Shown piece after piece: positions 10,953 through 25,639 of a DNA stretch of 64,000 nucleotides. The stretch lies in NCBI GenBank assembly GCA_028534125.1, contig CM052816.1, forward strand, positions 97,776,001-97,840,000. The letters are read 5' to 3'. Origin of the DNA: Lama glama (lineage: Eukaryota). The position numbers and the translations under genes were made by a program. The notes below the pieces were generated by a model. That model was not told the DNA's origin and did not search any database. It saw only the letters and a program-made list of their open reading frames with translations. How positions within the stretch are numbered: the stretch's first letter is position 1; every line of letters starts with the position of its first letter.

Positions 10953-13900
10953 CATATAACTGTTTGTTCCTTTCTTCTCTTTTTCTCTGTCTTCCTCCTC
11001 TGCCAGGTTCTAGAAAACATATTATCTTCTGTCTTAAGCATTCAGTCTCTCTCACCTCCACTACCATCTGCCCCTGTTGCCCCGTCCTCCTTCCTGCGTC
11101 CCTTCCCACCAGTCCTGTAGCCAGGACCAGCTACATGATTTTTAGATCCCAGAGTAAAATGAAATCGTACAGCCCCTTATTCAAAATGTATGAAGTTCAG
11201 CAGCAGCAGCAGAGAATCCCCCAAGCTTGGGGCCGTCTGTGCACGAACCCCTGTGTGACCGCACTGGCCCCAGGCCCTGGGGTCCAGCCCCACTGTAGCT
11301 CCTCCATCCGTCATCCGTGTCTCCATCACAAGACTTCTGCTCCTTCACTCACGCTCCCTGCTGCTGCCCAAGTCCTGGCAGGATTAGAAAAACAAATGTA
11401 GCTCACCAGCTGGGCACGACTCCCCTCTCCCTCCCAGACAGGTCCTCGAGGGCCCAGGAGCAGCATCAGTGCTCCTCCAAGGAGAAAATGTTTTTCCCCA
11501 CGACACCTTCTTAAGGACAAAAAAGTTCACGTCTGCATTACTATGTCTGCGGCTCATTGTGCTTTTACTCCTACGTCAGCTTTTCAATATCCAAATCTAT
11601 CATATCTCAATAAAAACGAACCAATTGCTGAACAGCAAGTGAGAAGTAGGTCCCATGAGCCTAGATATTTTTGCCAAAACCTGCGCTTGGAGTTGTGCCC
11701 ACGCCCCTCTGTTTCTCGTGCTCTGTCTTAGGGCAGGTTGAGTCTCGTGTCCCCGACGAGCCCCCATCCCAGCCAATCCTGAGATCCAAAAGCCATGTTT
11801 TAAAGAAGACTTTCTCTGTTCGGGGCCTTTTAAAGTTCAGTGCTAACGCTGCCTTGAAGATAAATGTCTTCAGACTCTGTTCTTGGCAAATTGAACTTTA
11901 AAATTCCCGAGATTGGTATTTCCCTTAAAATCATTTCATGTCACTATTGCCGGAGATAGAAAGAACCCAAGCCCCAGGTGAGGCCACCCTCCCCCACCCT
12001 CAGCTGGGCAGCTCCGGCCTCTCTGCCATCAGTCAGGCTCTCGGGGAGCAGGACTTAAGGAAGGGTGCAAGACAGAGAGGACCGCAGAGGGACAGGGGTG
12101 GGGCGGGAACCATTCAAAGCGAGAGGGTGGCCCCATTTGAACATTCAGGCAGTGCTGACTCAGAACGAGAATAAAGGAAGCCCTGAATCTAAAGGCAGAG
12201 GCTCCCCTTTCTGATCCTACATCAGAGGGGACGACAAACACAGGGACTCAGGGAGGGACTGCAAATCCTCAAGGTGGCCGCTCCTTGGGGCTTATACCCC
12301 TTCAAAATGAAAGATCTGGTCATTTCCTCTGTATCAAAATTATCCAGCAGCATACGCCATCTCCCCAGTGGAGCCGTGTTTAATTGCCTCTTTTATAGAA
12401 TCCTGTTAAATGTGTGCCCTCTCCCCCTCTCCTCACTAGCCTCCCGGTAACAAAATCACCCTGCAAAGCCTAAGACAATGCGGCTGAATTGCCACCAGCA
12501 TGCTGGGTGGTCTGTTTGCATTCTCTATCATAAACATTTGCTGAAAACAGCCCCTGGGTGATTGCACCAAGGATGCAGAACAGCTATTTTTAACTAACAA
12601 ATGAGAACAGCAGCATCTAATTTTGGACCACTGCTCAGCCTCGGTGATGGGAGCTGACTCTCTGTGAATGGAAGGAAAATGCAGACAGGAGTTTCTTTCC
12701 GGCTTGGCCCCACCAGTGACTGGCACACACAGCTAGTTTTGAGGCATGGAGCCGTGGTCACTTTTCCCCTTGGTCCACGATGAGGCCACCAGGGGAGGTG
12801 GCAGTCCGATTGAAGGACCCTCCCCTGCATTCATCCCCAGGTGACCTGGAAAAGGGGGGGGACACTGTGTAGAGACACCCAGGGCATCAACAGAAGGGAC
12901 CCTGCAGGGGACAAGGGGAAGGGCTCGGAAATAAGATTTCCTGAAAGGAAACTGACAACAAACCCAATATGATAAGAAATGAGGGCTTTAAAATGCTTTA
13001 AAATCATGATCTGACATTACTTTCAAAATATACATAGATGGCATTGCAAGTGCTGAAAATAATGAAACCCGTTAGCCCCCAGGGCCACCCCCAGGTCAGC
13101 AGCTGTCCAGAAAGCACCATTAATCTGCACTTTATAGCACCAGACAAATGCCTGGCTTCCTCCTTCTGGCTGAGTGAAGCCTCTCTCCAGTGTGGAGGGA
13201 GCTTCGAGGCTTGACCATTTAGCATCTTCACTGCAGCAAGACGGACAAGATGGAGAACAGGAGGAACTAAGATCTAGGGGGAAAAGAAACATCTTCCAGC
13301 CTGACCTTGCTATGTCATTCTCTTAAAATATTTAGAGCCGCTGAATGGCAGACGCCGGGTGATCTGCTAACTGGAGAGGTGAAGACTGTTCTCTGAGCAG
13401 TACGCTTCGGCTCTCCACGGGCCTCTGGCGTTTCTGCAAGTGCTGACCGCCTTTCTGGGCCAGCCGTCTGTTCCAGAGAGGAACGGCCTTGGAGCATAGA
13501 GCATCTCCCACCAGAGAAAGGGGAAGGCATGCTTACTTCCCACTGTTAAAAGATTCGGGTTCCGGAAGCACAGGGCCGCTCCCCCATAACACAGTCAGCT
13601 GTGCGTGCAGGTGTCACCTGGTCCTCTTTGCATCGCGTTGTGGGAATTGGGACTTAGGCGGGTGCAAAAGTGTTGATACTTGGACCATTGCTACCACCAT
13701 GAGGAATAAATCCTCTTTTATCTGCTCCAGGAGTTTTATGTCTTCTATCAGCATCCATGATGTTGTTACCAACATTTTAGCTTGCAAGTGGGGCAAAATC
13801 TTGGCCCACACATAGTTCTTGCCCCTGAATTTAGATAATTGTGGCTTACAGTTTTCGAGACTTGCTCTCAGGTATGTAAAGGATACTGTGAGGTACACGG

Positions 13901-13969
13901 TACTTCAGGTGGAAGCTACTGGTGGCCCTTTGTAAAATCCGTCTTCTCCTTGTTTCTATAGAAATAGAA

Positions 13970-14330
13970 ACAGACATGTAGCTTTCCGGAGTAAAAGCTA
14001 CATTTTCCATCTCCCTTGTAGTTAGGTATAAGCATGTGATGACATTCTGTTCAACAGGACGGAAGCCAAGGACTGAGAGACCCACCTGAGGAGACCTGGC
14101 ACCACATCGTACTTTCTCCATCCTTCCGCCTAGAATACGGGGATGCTGTAGCTGACGCGACATCCTGGCCCTTGAGGATGAGGGTCATGCTTGGCGGCAC
14201 AAAAAGCTAGGTGTCCAGGTCCCTGATGTGATGGAGAATCATACCTGGCCTGGACTTATGAAATAGAAATAAATCTTGGTCTAGCCACAGTCACTTTGAG
14301 TTTGTGGTTATTAGCAGCTGAACCGACCAT
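13970..14330 (+). mobile_element. Old MaLR (MLT1-type) LTR relic
   Basis: tttccatctcccttgtagttaggtataagcatgtga...gaaataaatcttgg...gttattagcagctgaa. Confidence 0.5.
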
Positions 14331-16039
14331 AAGTGATGCAGCCCAGTGTGGAGTGCTCCAAGGGAAAGACCCCAAACGTGGCTCCAAATGGGGCCAAACA
14401 GAGACACATATGTCTCCAGGAGCCATGGCAGTGGTATCATCTTCCGCCCAGTCCTCGTCTGCCCTCACCTCCTTCCACACCGACCACCACCTGTGCTCCC
14501 GTGCTGCCCTTTGCAGGGTTCGCCCACCTCTGCCACCGCCAGCCCTGCTCCAGGCTCACTACACCTTCAGGCCTTTCTCTGCAGAGACAGCCTCATCCCC
14601 ATCACTTTGGGAAAGAGTAGCTCCCAGGCTCCCACAGCTGCTTTGGAAGGACCTAAAACTAAACCCATCTAGAAGCACACTAGCATAGATGTTTGGATCG
14701 TGGCTTGCCCCTTCCCAGCCGGGGGGCGTCAGGGAGCAGTCATCCTTGGGGGGAGAGATGGGGTAGGGTAGAAGCCCCTCCCCCTAGTGCTCTCAGAACC
14801 ACCCCGGGGGCATCTGAATGGCGGCCCCTGGCCGACGTCAGCCATGCAGACCAAGGCCTGATTGGCCACCTCCCCCCAGCACGGCCCCCCTCCCCATGGG
14901 AAGTCAGGGAGGAAAATGTGGATGAACAGCCCAAAGGGAAGCTCTGGGGCCTAGGAGTGAGCTGTATTCAGGTGACATCATAGCGGCGACATCATAGAGG
15001 TGCCCACTTACCCTCATCACACACTGAACACAATGCCATGTTTATTCACTTGTTCACTTAACACACTCTTACTGAGCACCTACGCTCTTCCGGGCCCTGC
15101 TACCCATGGGGGATGGAAAGATGTATTTTGCAGGATGTGGGGCGCCTCGTGCTCTCCCAGGGCAGAAACTCTAACGGGACCATTTGAAGATAGTCATTTA
15201 GATGGAACAAGAGGAGAAGGAGATGAGAGGAAACCCATGTGAATTCAGGGGAGAGGTTTCTAACAGTTCCCGTTTGGAAAACTTCTGTTCTAGGGCGTAC
15301 ATATCACACATCCTCTGTTCTGTGACAACCATCGAAACAAGTCCATTTCTGTGCTCTGCTGGTCAGACAGGAACTCCCATCAAATACTTTAAAAAAGTAA
15401 ACGTTCCAAGTGTCTGTCTCCTGACAAGCCAATCAGAATGTCAAAAATGGTGTCTCTGTATGTTTATATATTTACAGTTTCAGAATGAATCAGTTATGAA
15501 CACTTAGGCTGCAAATTGGAGAGAAATTCAATCAGCCATGATGTTTAAAAATAGAAACTTACGGTTAAATCCGAATTAGGCTGTAGTCGAGCTCACACCG
15601 CTGTGCCAGGGTCAGTTTCCTGGCCTTGACCGTGTGCTGTGGGTATGTAAGACCACACAAATGAGGGTGGGGGTTCCTGTGCTGTCTTTGCCGCTTCCTG
15701 TGAGTCTTAAACTATTTCAAAATAAAAAGTACTTTTTTTAAAAAACCCAGAAGTGTATTCGTAATCACAATTAGAATCCAGAGGTTGCCAGTCACTGATT
15801 TGGGCTTAGGTGCCCCAGGACGCCTTGGATGACCCGAGCTTTTTCCAGCTCCTTCTTCCCCACCCTCTCCTTATTGGCCTTTTATCCTCTTCCCTGAGGT
15901 CTCACGGATGCTGCAGAGTGGCTGCAGCTCCAGGCTTCATGTCAGCTCTGTAGCCAAGGAGGAGGTTGGAGGAGAAAAGCCAAACCCATATGCTCCTCTG
16001 TCAGGAAAGCAAAGCCTTGAAATTTTGCGCATAAATTAT

Positions 16040-17045
16040 CTGACACTCTCCCTTCAAAACGTGGAGCCTCATTCCCCTCCCTGAATGTGGGCCAGACTTA
16101 GTGGCTGACTTTACGTGAATAGAGTCTGGCATCGCAGAAGGGACAGTGGAGACAGACTCCATGATCGCTCCTCCTGACATCCGTGCCTGCATACAGTCCT
16201 CTCCCCTGACTGGCTTCCAACCAGCAGAAAGGGCAGAGGCGGTGGGCTGTCACTTCTACGGCTGTGTTACATAGGACTTTAACTTCCGTCTCGCTGGGAG
16301 ACTCTCACTGACACTCTCCTGGCATGGCTTTGATAAGGTGACCTCATTAAAGAGGACCACAGGGTAAGGAACGGGGCGCAGCCTCCCGCCAACAGGCAGC
16401 AAGGAGCTGAATCATGTTGACAACCATGTGAACTTGGAAGACAATCTTTCCCCATCGAGACGAAATGAAATCCAGCCCTGGCCGACACCTTGACTGCAGC
16501 CTCCTGAGAAACCCTGAATCAGAGGAATCAGCTAAGACGCTGGACCCAAAGGCGCTGTGAGATGATGAATGTGTGTTTTCTTAAGCTGCTAAGTGAGGGT
16601 AATTTGTTACAGAGCAATATGTAACTAGCGCAGGGATGCTGTCGGACCACAAAGTAAGGTCATAAAATGGATAACTTCTCCTTGCCTCTCTTGGCCCCCC
16701 TCTCAGTTTTCTTGCTCTGGGGGAAGCCAGCTGTCACGCCCTAAACACACTGCAGAAAGTCACAGTGGGAAGGACCTGGAGCCTCCAGCCAGCAGCCAGC
16801 ACCAGCTCGCCAGCCGTGAGAATTAGCTACCTGGGAAGTGAGCCCAGCATCTCCAGTCAGGTCTTCAGAGGACACGGCCCTGGCCGACATCTTGACTGAA
16901 ACCTCAGACGAGCTTCCCAGGCCAGAATCACCCCACTGAGCCGCTCTCAGACCCTCACACGTAGACACTGCAAGAACAACAGACATGTACATCCCTCAAG
17001 TCGCCATGCTTTAGAGTGATTTATTATGCCACGTTAGTTAATTAA
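16040..17045 (+). mobile_element. Two or more tandem/nested MLT1-type LTR relics
   Basis: gaatgtgggccagacttagtggct; cagccctggccgacaccttgactgcagcct...ttaagctgctaagt...taatttgttacagagcaata; a second copy has ggccctggccgacatcttgactg. Confidence 0.7.
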
Positions 17046-20000
17046 AGTGAGCCCATGGGCCAGAATTAGGTCACACGCCCACTGGCCAAGAGGAATGGGG
17101 TCGCCTTGGCTGGCTTAGGCTGACCCTGGTCCTTCTCCTTGGGATCAGCTTCCTCTGAGATCAGAATCTTCACACGTTACAGATTGGGGTTTTATTGGGG
17201 AAGAAGTAGGAGAGGAGAGGGAGAAATGGCTTCTGATAGGAAAAAACTCTACATCCAACACACACAGATGCTTACTTGAGGTTAAAGATACAGGTTTAGC
17301 TACAATTTCACCCAATAAGCATCAAAAAAAAAAAAAACCAGAAAAGCAAATAAATTCAGGAGGAAGATAAACTTAAAAAAAAACAAACCTGGGAGCTTCT
17401 GAACTAGGATTTTAAGTAGAACCGCACTGTCTTCCCTAGCTGTCACCCGACCCAGTGCACCATGAAAATACATTCTCTTAAATAAAGTTAACGACATAAT
17501 TCTGGAATCTTATCCAGCTTACGAAAACTCGATCCCATCCTAACAAAATGTCTTGGTTGTTAGAGGCAAAGATACCTGTGTTTTCACCGGGACTGATGTT
17601 GGGAACCCAAACAAAGCAGAGTGAAAGAAAAGTGAATCTCTGCAGAGCGGCACCAGGGCGCTGGGCGTGGTGGGTCTCGCCCACTCTGCTCAAGCCATTA
17701 TGTGGGATGCATAAAGCAAACACAAGTACCATCATTTACAAGGATTCCATGAGAAATCATAGCACCTGGATTTCAACGAAAACACACCAGGAACTGGCAA
17801 AACAGATTCTGATAGCACAATCTTGGTGACCAAGGCTATAAATAGTGCGGAAAGAGGATGGGGGAGAGTTTGTCTTTCTGAAGCCTGGGTGATGGGGTAC
17901 AAGAGTGATGGGAAGGAGTAGAAGTGAGACCCAAACTTTTAGCCCAATCATACTTGAAGGACGCATCCTTGGGAACCATTCAGACAAAAGTGTCAGTGCA
18001 TCAGTGATCCAGAGCCCAAGGTCAGAGCCAGTGTCAGTGACGAACGCACTTCCAGGCACATGCATTCAAATGCATCGCCACCTCTACTCACTCACTGCCT
18101 TCACCCACGTCCCCATGGATATGACAGTGCTCTGAAGTCCTTTGCCAGCCACCAGCTCCACCGATCTTCCCCGGCTTTAAGAACACACACCAAATGCAAG
18201 CTATACAAATGCTTACTTGAGAGTTGAAGACTTAGTGACAAATTCATCCAATAAGTGTAGCTTGGATTCATAAGCATGTTTATCAAAATTTCTCTATGAA
18301 AAAAAAGTCTAATTTCAAAAATCCCATCAGGCAAGTTATTTGATAATGAAAATTATTTTTCAAAAGCTGATAGTGTGGTGTGATTTTTTTAAAAGGCATT
18401 TATTTCAAGGAGAGGGAAATAAAAATCAAGCAGCAGAAAACAGATGTAACAGTGGAAGTATCTGAGAATCGTGGGCCTGTGTTTACTGTTACTCCTGACC
18501 CTGTATTCCCGTGAGAGATGAACATTTGGAGATAAATTTTCAGAAAAGCCTCTCTGAATAGCAGTTTTACAGGCATGTTTGTGCTCATTCTAAGCCAGTG
18601 ACAGTCATTCAACGACCCCCTCCCCAAGACCTTTCAGGGTGAAAGCGTGGCTCACTGGGGGGCCAGCAAGCGGGCCCTTAATCAGTCCATTTGCAGCCAC
18701 GCTAAACCTGTTAAGAAGAGTAGTTTTCGGGCACAGATGTCAGGCTGTGAAAATCTCCAGCTCCCAGAACACGGGGATTAAATATTTCTTTAATGCTTTT
18801 ATCAGCTTTAATTAATAGCAGTTCTTGGCTTCAGTGATTTAGAGTCTTCATACGTGACGAACCTTCCTTAGGCAAGAGAGTCAAATGCTTCTCTCTCAAC
18901 CCACCCTCCGCCCCAGCCTGACTCTGCACCAAGCTGAAGGGAGCCGTAACCAGAGGGACTCATCCCCCCGCGGAGAGGCCCCTGCCCCGCGGGAGCACGT
19001 TTCACCCCCCCGGCCACCAGCGCCGGTGACCGCCTGCACTCCTAGGCCTGAGCCAATGCTGATGGTCCTTCCAGGGGTCCCAGAGGCCCTCCCACGAAGA
19101 AAACCTCCTAGCACAGGAGGGACCGGATCATCACTAGACATCCGAAACAAGGCGAGTAAAATCACTGGGTCTTCTGGGAGGCCAGAGGAAGCAAGTATTC
19201 GAGACCCCACGTTTGAGTTGAAGGCACTTGGAAGATTCACATGTGTGCGCGCTCACACGTCTGCCTGCACACAGTCATGGACACAGCCATCACATGCACA
19301 CACTCACACGCACGTGCACACACGCTCTCCCTGCCTGCTGCCTCTCTGACTTCAGCTCTCCTGTGTTCACTACACACCGGTCACACTGCCTTATTTTCCA
19401 TCAACCGTCAAAACTCCAGGTGTGTGCCCACCTCAAGGCCTTTGCACACACTTCTCCCCACCTCTGTCCAGTGTTTGTTTCACTGAGTCTGTCCCTGATC
19501 CCCATGGGGATCTACACGGAAACTCTCTGCACACACACTCCCAACCCCTCCTTTGCCTGTGTTTCTCTCTGTGTTCCACTGTTTTGTCGTGTTGACACTC
19601 TGTCTCCTTTGCTGAGAATGCAAGTCCCCTTGAGGGCCAGACTTTTGGTCTATTTTACTCCCTGCTGTCCCCAGCACCCAGACCAGCTGTGGCATTGGTT
19701 AATACACAGCCAGATCATCCCAAACCCATCCTTCCATGCCTGCTTGTGATACAGATCTGGACCCTGTAAACATTCCTCCTCCATCAGCAGATACCGCATT
19801 AAGCTTGTCACACTGACAAGATGGTGGGAAGGACCCCAGTCCCACCACCTCACAGTACTCCTCAGCTGAGCCCATCACAGAGCCCTGCTGCGGGCCACGT
19901 TGTCCCCGACTTACTCTAGACACAGTACACATCATACCTGCCCGCTCCTCCCATGAATCACTTTCCTTTCCCTCTCCACCGTCTGTTCCCTGCAACTCCC

Positions 20001-23000
20001 GCCTGGGAAGCACTGAGACCTCCAACATGTGGCTTCCCTTCTCCAGGTGTTCATTTTGTCATCTGGGAATAGGGAACGGTTCTAAAACTCGTCCCCAAAA
20101 CCATTTCCAGCTCAAAGACTGCTACGATTCCATGTGGAGCTAAGCAGTTAATGGTTCAAGTATCCAGACGTCTCCCTCGTAGGCAGTCAGGGCAAAGGGC
20201 CACCGAGTGAACAGGGTGGAACATACCTGTGATGCCAAAAAGTGTTTCAGTTATTTAGAGACAAGACACAGGGTGCAGTCAAGACCAACGGGGGTACCAT
20301 GGACACTGTCAAGTGGTCATGGCCAAATTACAAACAGATGTAACCATACAAAGCGCTTGGAAAGCTAGGGGACACCTACCCAAGGCGTTTTAAAATTCTT
20401 CAGTAACAGTGTGCTGGACAGTAGCCCTTCGCAGACGGGATAACTCAGGGCTTTCTCTTTGTCCGCATGACGTCGTGCTCGGCCAATCCTCTTCAATCTA
20501 TCATATGAGAATTGCTCACGGCCAAAAGCGTCTTAGGCCTCACCTAATGGCACCTGTGTCATCACGCTCTTGTGCCTGAGGACCAGGAAATTGAATTTTA
20601 CACCTCGTGTACATTCCAAGTAAAATGTTAGCTCCAGATGGGAGTGCTTGGAGAAAACAGTGCCTCTGGGGCTTTAGCAATTCGTAAACAAGATTTTGCA
20701 ACATCCCTTTGAAGCGAATTTTCTAGCACGGGAACAGCCCAGGGACCAGTTACGGAGGAAAGTGCCAGGTGAGAAGTTCAGAGCGTTCCAGGAGCTCCAG
20801 GTACACACGCAAGGCCACAGCCCGCAGCAGCCTGCGCACACGACGATGTGCAGGCACCTGCGTTGTCTCAAGGGATCTTGAAATAGATCAGAATCAGCTA
20901 GTCAGAAGAAAGGCAGCCTCAGAAGGCCATCTGTTGTACAAATTTGGGAAATCAGATATAAACAGAAATAACATGCTCTAAGTGACTTACGCCAGGTCTT
21001 TGATTGCAAAGACTCAAAGGCAAGCGAGTATCACCTGCACTCAGTGCCCGACAGGTGCAACCAGTGCAAAAACCAAGACGTACTGATTAAACACGCCCCC
21101 CCCAATAAAACGAAGGAAGTCGAGTGACATTGACAAACAAACTTGACTCGTTGAAACAGAGGAGCAGCCAATCAGGAAAACAACTAGCAGGTCACTTTTT
21201 CTCTCCTCAGTGCTTGAAGCTACTTTTGTTTAGAATTGGCTTCCTCTCGTCCCGGCCCTTGGCTCCCCACCTTGACCACAGTCAACGGTAGGAAGAGTCA
21301 CAAAGTCCATGAATATCAGCAAGTGGCAAGTGCAGAAGCCCCACGTCAACTTGCCAGAGCCACAGAGGGGCGTGTCCGCTCACCTAAGTAGGAAACCTAC
21401 GGTGCGTTTCCAATGAGGCTAAATCTAGAGAATTAAACGATGTTGTCAGGACACCCTCTGCACCCTTCCTGCCTCACAGCTCTGTTGCCTCTGTTCAGCT
21501 CTGAGTGTTAATCTCATTGACTTTCACTGAAATCAAACCGTGTCCCTGTGGGTGGGAAGATTGCTTCTGACAGCCCCGCCTACGTGCTTGTAGGTCAGTT
21601 TCTAGACTGAGAGCTACCCCTGCCCATCCAATTCCAGAGAGAAGTTTAAAAAAAAATCTTTGATACAAAATGCTTCCCTTCTCAGCCCTCTTCCCACACC
21701 CTATTTCTCTATTTGCATTGAAAATAAATTGTGGGTCCCAAGTGAACCCCTTAAAATGGGGACATGAGTTTATTTGCCACATGCACCAACATGGCTCTGA
21801 GAAAGGAAAGGTTCCTACTCTGCTCTCTTGGCCGGGATCATCATCACCAAAAACCAAACCAAAACTCACCCTGGTCTTACGTGGTAACTGAAACAGCCAA
21901 GACTCTTCTCAAATCCAGGAGATTCTAGATGATAAGGAGCAAACGCTGTCTAGACGCAGCGTTCCTTACCTCAGCCGGGGGTGATGGCCCGGCCGCATCC
22001 AAAGGCAATGAACCTTGACACCAACCCTCAAGGTAGCTTCGATCCCCATCCTGGCCCCTCCTGCCTCAGTCTCCCCATCTACGTCATAAAAACAAGAAGA
22101 CAAACGTTTCCTCCAATTTCTTGCGAGGATCAGTGTTAACAGTGACCAAGCCCTCAGTACATGGGAAGTGTCTTAGGTCACAGCGTGTAGAGTCGGTGAA
22201 CGAAGTCATCTCCCAGAGAAGGAGCACCGTAGCTGAGACGGACCTTCCTGCTTTCGGCCGCTCTTCAGATCAAGGAGCCTGGTGTTTTGCAGGGGCTGCC
22301 TGTTGCTTCTGCTATTACAGCCGAGTGCCTTTGGAAGTCCGTCTGCACCACTGAAAATAAAACCCACGCAGGACCGAGAAGGACCACTGCCAAGTCACTG
22401 GAGCCAAGCTCCGGAGTTTTTAAAAGAACGACTGTACAATCATCTATAAATAGAAAGGCTTTCCTGTTATGTTTAATGACTGCATTTTCATGAAAACGCG
22501 CTCCACTCACAAGGATTGGGGGCCTGCCTGCAGGGCTCCCGGCCCTAAAGCCGCAGAAGAGCACAGGGCCCACCCTTCCGGAGGGAAGGCTGGCTCCAGC
22601 CGCAGGGGTCCTTGGGGAGGTGGGGGGTGTCCCGGGAGCGGGGAGGTCTCGGGGTGGACACTTTCGCAGTTTCTCATTCTAGGTCAGTGATTCCAAAGCC
22701 ACCTTTGGAGACTTCCCAGGGCGTTTCAAATCCTTTAAAGCACGTGCGTATTTCTAGAAAACCAATGAGGACTTAATTTGCTCGTATTTAAGGTGGGCGT
22801 GGACCCCAAATCTTCTCTGAGCTGGAGGAGGGAACATTGCTGACGGCCACGATGAGTGTCAAAGCTCCAGGGTCTACTGGCAGACGGGCTTCTGAGAGGA
22901 GGTGAGCAGAACCGGCCCTGGAAGCCGGGATGGGGAGCCTTGTCCTCCACCCCGCAGAGGGCTGTCCCCTGGCGCTGGCCCAGCGAGGGCAGAGCTCACC

Positions 23001-23369
23001 CCCTGAGGACTGTGACGGTGGCCCCCACCTCCACCCACACCTGGGTGGGATGCCGAGGCCAGGGCTAGTCCTGCCTGGTGGCCCCAAGTGCTGCGGGAAA
23101 TAAGCCCCGCCTTGGATGGGAGGTGGAGTCTGCCCTGCTCTTTGTATTTAAGAGCTCAGCACCCATGTCCACACCCCGGTGACTCCAGCTCCTAATGAGG
23201 GGCAGGGGGTGCTCAGAGCCACGTCCAGCCAAGCCAAGTGGCTGCAGATGCACAGAGCTCTGTCCGTGGCCCCCATGTCCTCTCTGGACACCCTGAGACA
23301 CCAGGCAGTGCTCGTCCAGCAGCAGAAGGATGTTGCTCTGCCGGCTCGGCTGGAGGCGCTGAGCTGTGT

Positions 23370-23520
23370 CCTTCAGTCCCGCTGCCCTCAGTTTCCTCGT
23401 CTATAAGGTGAGGACGGAACCACACTTACTCAAAGGGCTTCCGTGAGGACTGAGTCATTTATGTAAGGAGCCTAGAATAGATCCAGGCACCTCAGTAAGC
23501 TTTGTATAAGCACTTAGCTC
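23370..23520 (+). mobile_element. MIR SINE relic
   Basis: cctcagtttcctcgtctataagg...gtgaggactgag...cagtaagc. Confidence 0.6.
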
Positions 23521-23619
23521 AGACGGTCATTCAGCATAGAAATTAAAATAACGGTGAACGTCATGGATCCATAGGATTGACTGACCTAAATCAACATTAT
23601 GGATCTGCTCTAATCAGTT

Positions 23620-24290
23620 ATGTGTACCTTCGTGTTCGTTGCATCATTAATTACAAGAGCTAAGATACAGAAGCAATGGAAGTGTCCATCGATGGATGGG
23701 CGGATACAGAAGATGTAGTATGTATACTCAATGGCTATTATTCAGCCGTAAAAAGAAGGAAATCTTGCCATTTGCGACATGGATGGACCGGAGGGCATTA
23801 TGCTAAGTGAAATAAGTCAGAATGAGAAAGACAAATACTGTATGATCTCCGTTACATATGGAAGCCAAAAAAACCAAATTAACAAACCAAAAAACTGGAC
23901 CTCACAGGTGCAGAGCACAGATTGGCGATCGCCACGTGTGGGGGTGGGAGTTGGGGGAAGTGGATGAAGGCAGGTAAAAGGTACTAATTTCTGGCTACAA
24001 GATAAGTAAGTCCTGAGAACCCAGAGCACACTGTGGAGAGCGTAGTTAGTAACACCGCGCTGCGTACTTGAGCACCGCTGAGGGAATCGATCTTAAAAGT
24101 TCTCACCACAAGGGAAACATAAACTGTAACTATGTGTGGTGACAGAGGTTAACTAGTGTTATTGTGGTGGTGACTTCACAGTATATACATATATACGTAT
24201 GTGTCAAATCATTATGTGATACACCTGAAACTAACATGTTATATGTACCGCATTACAAATAAGTAAATAAATGAACAAATAAACAAGCAG
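23620..24290 (+). mobile_element. L1 (L1MA-like) 3' end
   Basis: aaggaaatcttgccatttgcgacatggatggac-ggagggcattatgctaagtgaaataagtcag...cttaaaagttctcacca...acacctgaaactaa. Confidence 0.85.
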
Positions 24291-24725
24291 ACAAGCAAAC
24301 AAAGTCCCGTCTGAGAAGAGAGGCGAGGACAGAGCCTCCACTAACCGTGAAGGTGCAGATTTGTGCGTTCTCGCTCAGGCCGTAAAAGGCAAATAACCTC
24401 CAAGCATCGTGGCCCACTTCACTTGTTCCCGGGATGCGATGTTGACCATCTCCAGCCTCTATCTCACAAGAAGCAGACAGCCGAGGGGCTCATTGGTACG
24501 TGTCACAAAACGTACTTATCAGAGCAAGAGGTAGCGACAAACCATGAATGTTTCTGCTCTCATGCTTTGGGCCACGTGGCTTAATGGAGAGAACTTACCC
24601 TGGTTCTCTCCCGTATGGGGCTACCCTGACCATGGGCACCTCAGCTCAAAATGGGGATTTTGACTGGATTAACTCTACAGCCCCACAGTGACTTCCAAAG
24701 TTTATATTGTGGAGAAAACACTGAT

Positions 24726-24849
24726 GGAAGGAAGGAAGGAAGGGAGGAAGGAAGGAAGGAAGGAAGGAAGGAAGGAAGGAAGGAAGGAAGGGAGGGAGGG
24801 AGGGAGGGAGGGAGGGAGGGAGGGAGGAAGGGAAAAGAGAGAAAAAGAG
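24726..24849. repeat. (GGAA)n(GGGA)n polypurine microsatellite
   Basis: Directly visible; about 120 bp of pure purine. Confidence 0.97.
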
Positions 24850-25639
24850 TCACCAGTCCATGACATCTATGTCCAGGGGACACAAAAATGGAATTCTGAG
24901 GAAAAAAGACCTGACTATCTGATTAGCAAGAAAAATTTCTTAAACATCATGGACTGGCTGCTCCTCCAAGCTTTGTTTGTTGTGTGCTTAGAAGAGAAGG
25001 AAAACACTATCCAGTTCCATTTGGAGTGTTGACCAATCATTTTATAAAATGCAAAATTCTACCCCAAGTCAATCGTGGGCTACTGCTTGATGGAGCAACT
25101 GCATACCAGTGCCCTCCTTGGATTTTCACCTCATTACGCTCCTTTGCCAGCTGTTGAAGGTGAGTGTCCTCCTCTGTAAAGTGGAGGGGTGGGCACAGCC
25201 TGGGGCCAGCCCACCTGAGCAGGCGGCAGGTGCCACCACTTGGCCTGAGTGGCCCTGAGCAGGTCAGTGAGTCTCTCATCTCCACACTGACAATGTTGGG
25301 GCCTTTTTCATGGGTTTGTTGTGACTGGACTGATGCTGGAAAGTACTCCAGATGGTCCTGAAAACACAGCGTGTTCTACTTCACCACTACCTGCTCTCAT
25401 CATGGTCACCGCCAAACACGCCATCTGACCCTCAGGTACACGGTCCTTGCTTGCCTGGCTGCCTGGTCTGGGTCAAGAGCCTGGGTTGTCTCCATGAAGT
25501 CCTTGGCATCTTTAGCTGAGACAGAGGTCAGTGATCGAAAGTAAGTGTTCAATAAAACAGGTGAACTGACTTCTCATTTTTGAGTATTTGCATGTGTTTG
25601 CTAGAACGTTAAAGGTAAACTGGGACAAGGGTGTGACCT

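Noticed and set aside
20140..20500. Possible processed pseudogene or promoter (tgacgtcg plus ccaat near 20468-20487)
   Set aside because: No recognisable protein in the frame I translated, no poly(A) or TSD, and the short motifs alone are insufficient.
24641..25032. ORFs with EGRK or PSFL repeats
   Set aside because: Translations of the GGAA/GGGA microsatellite.
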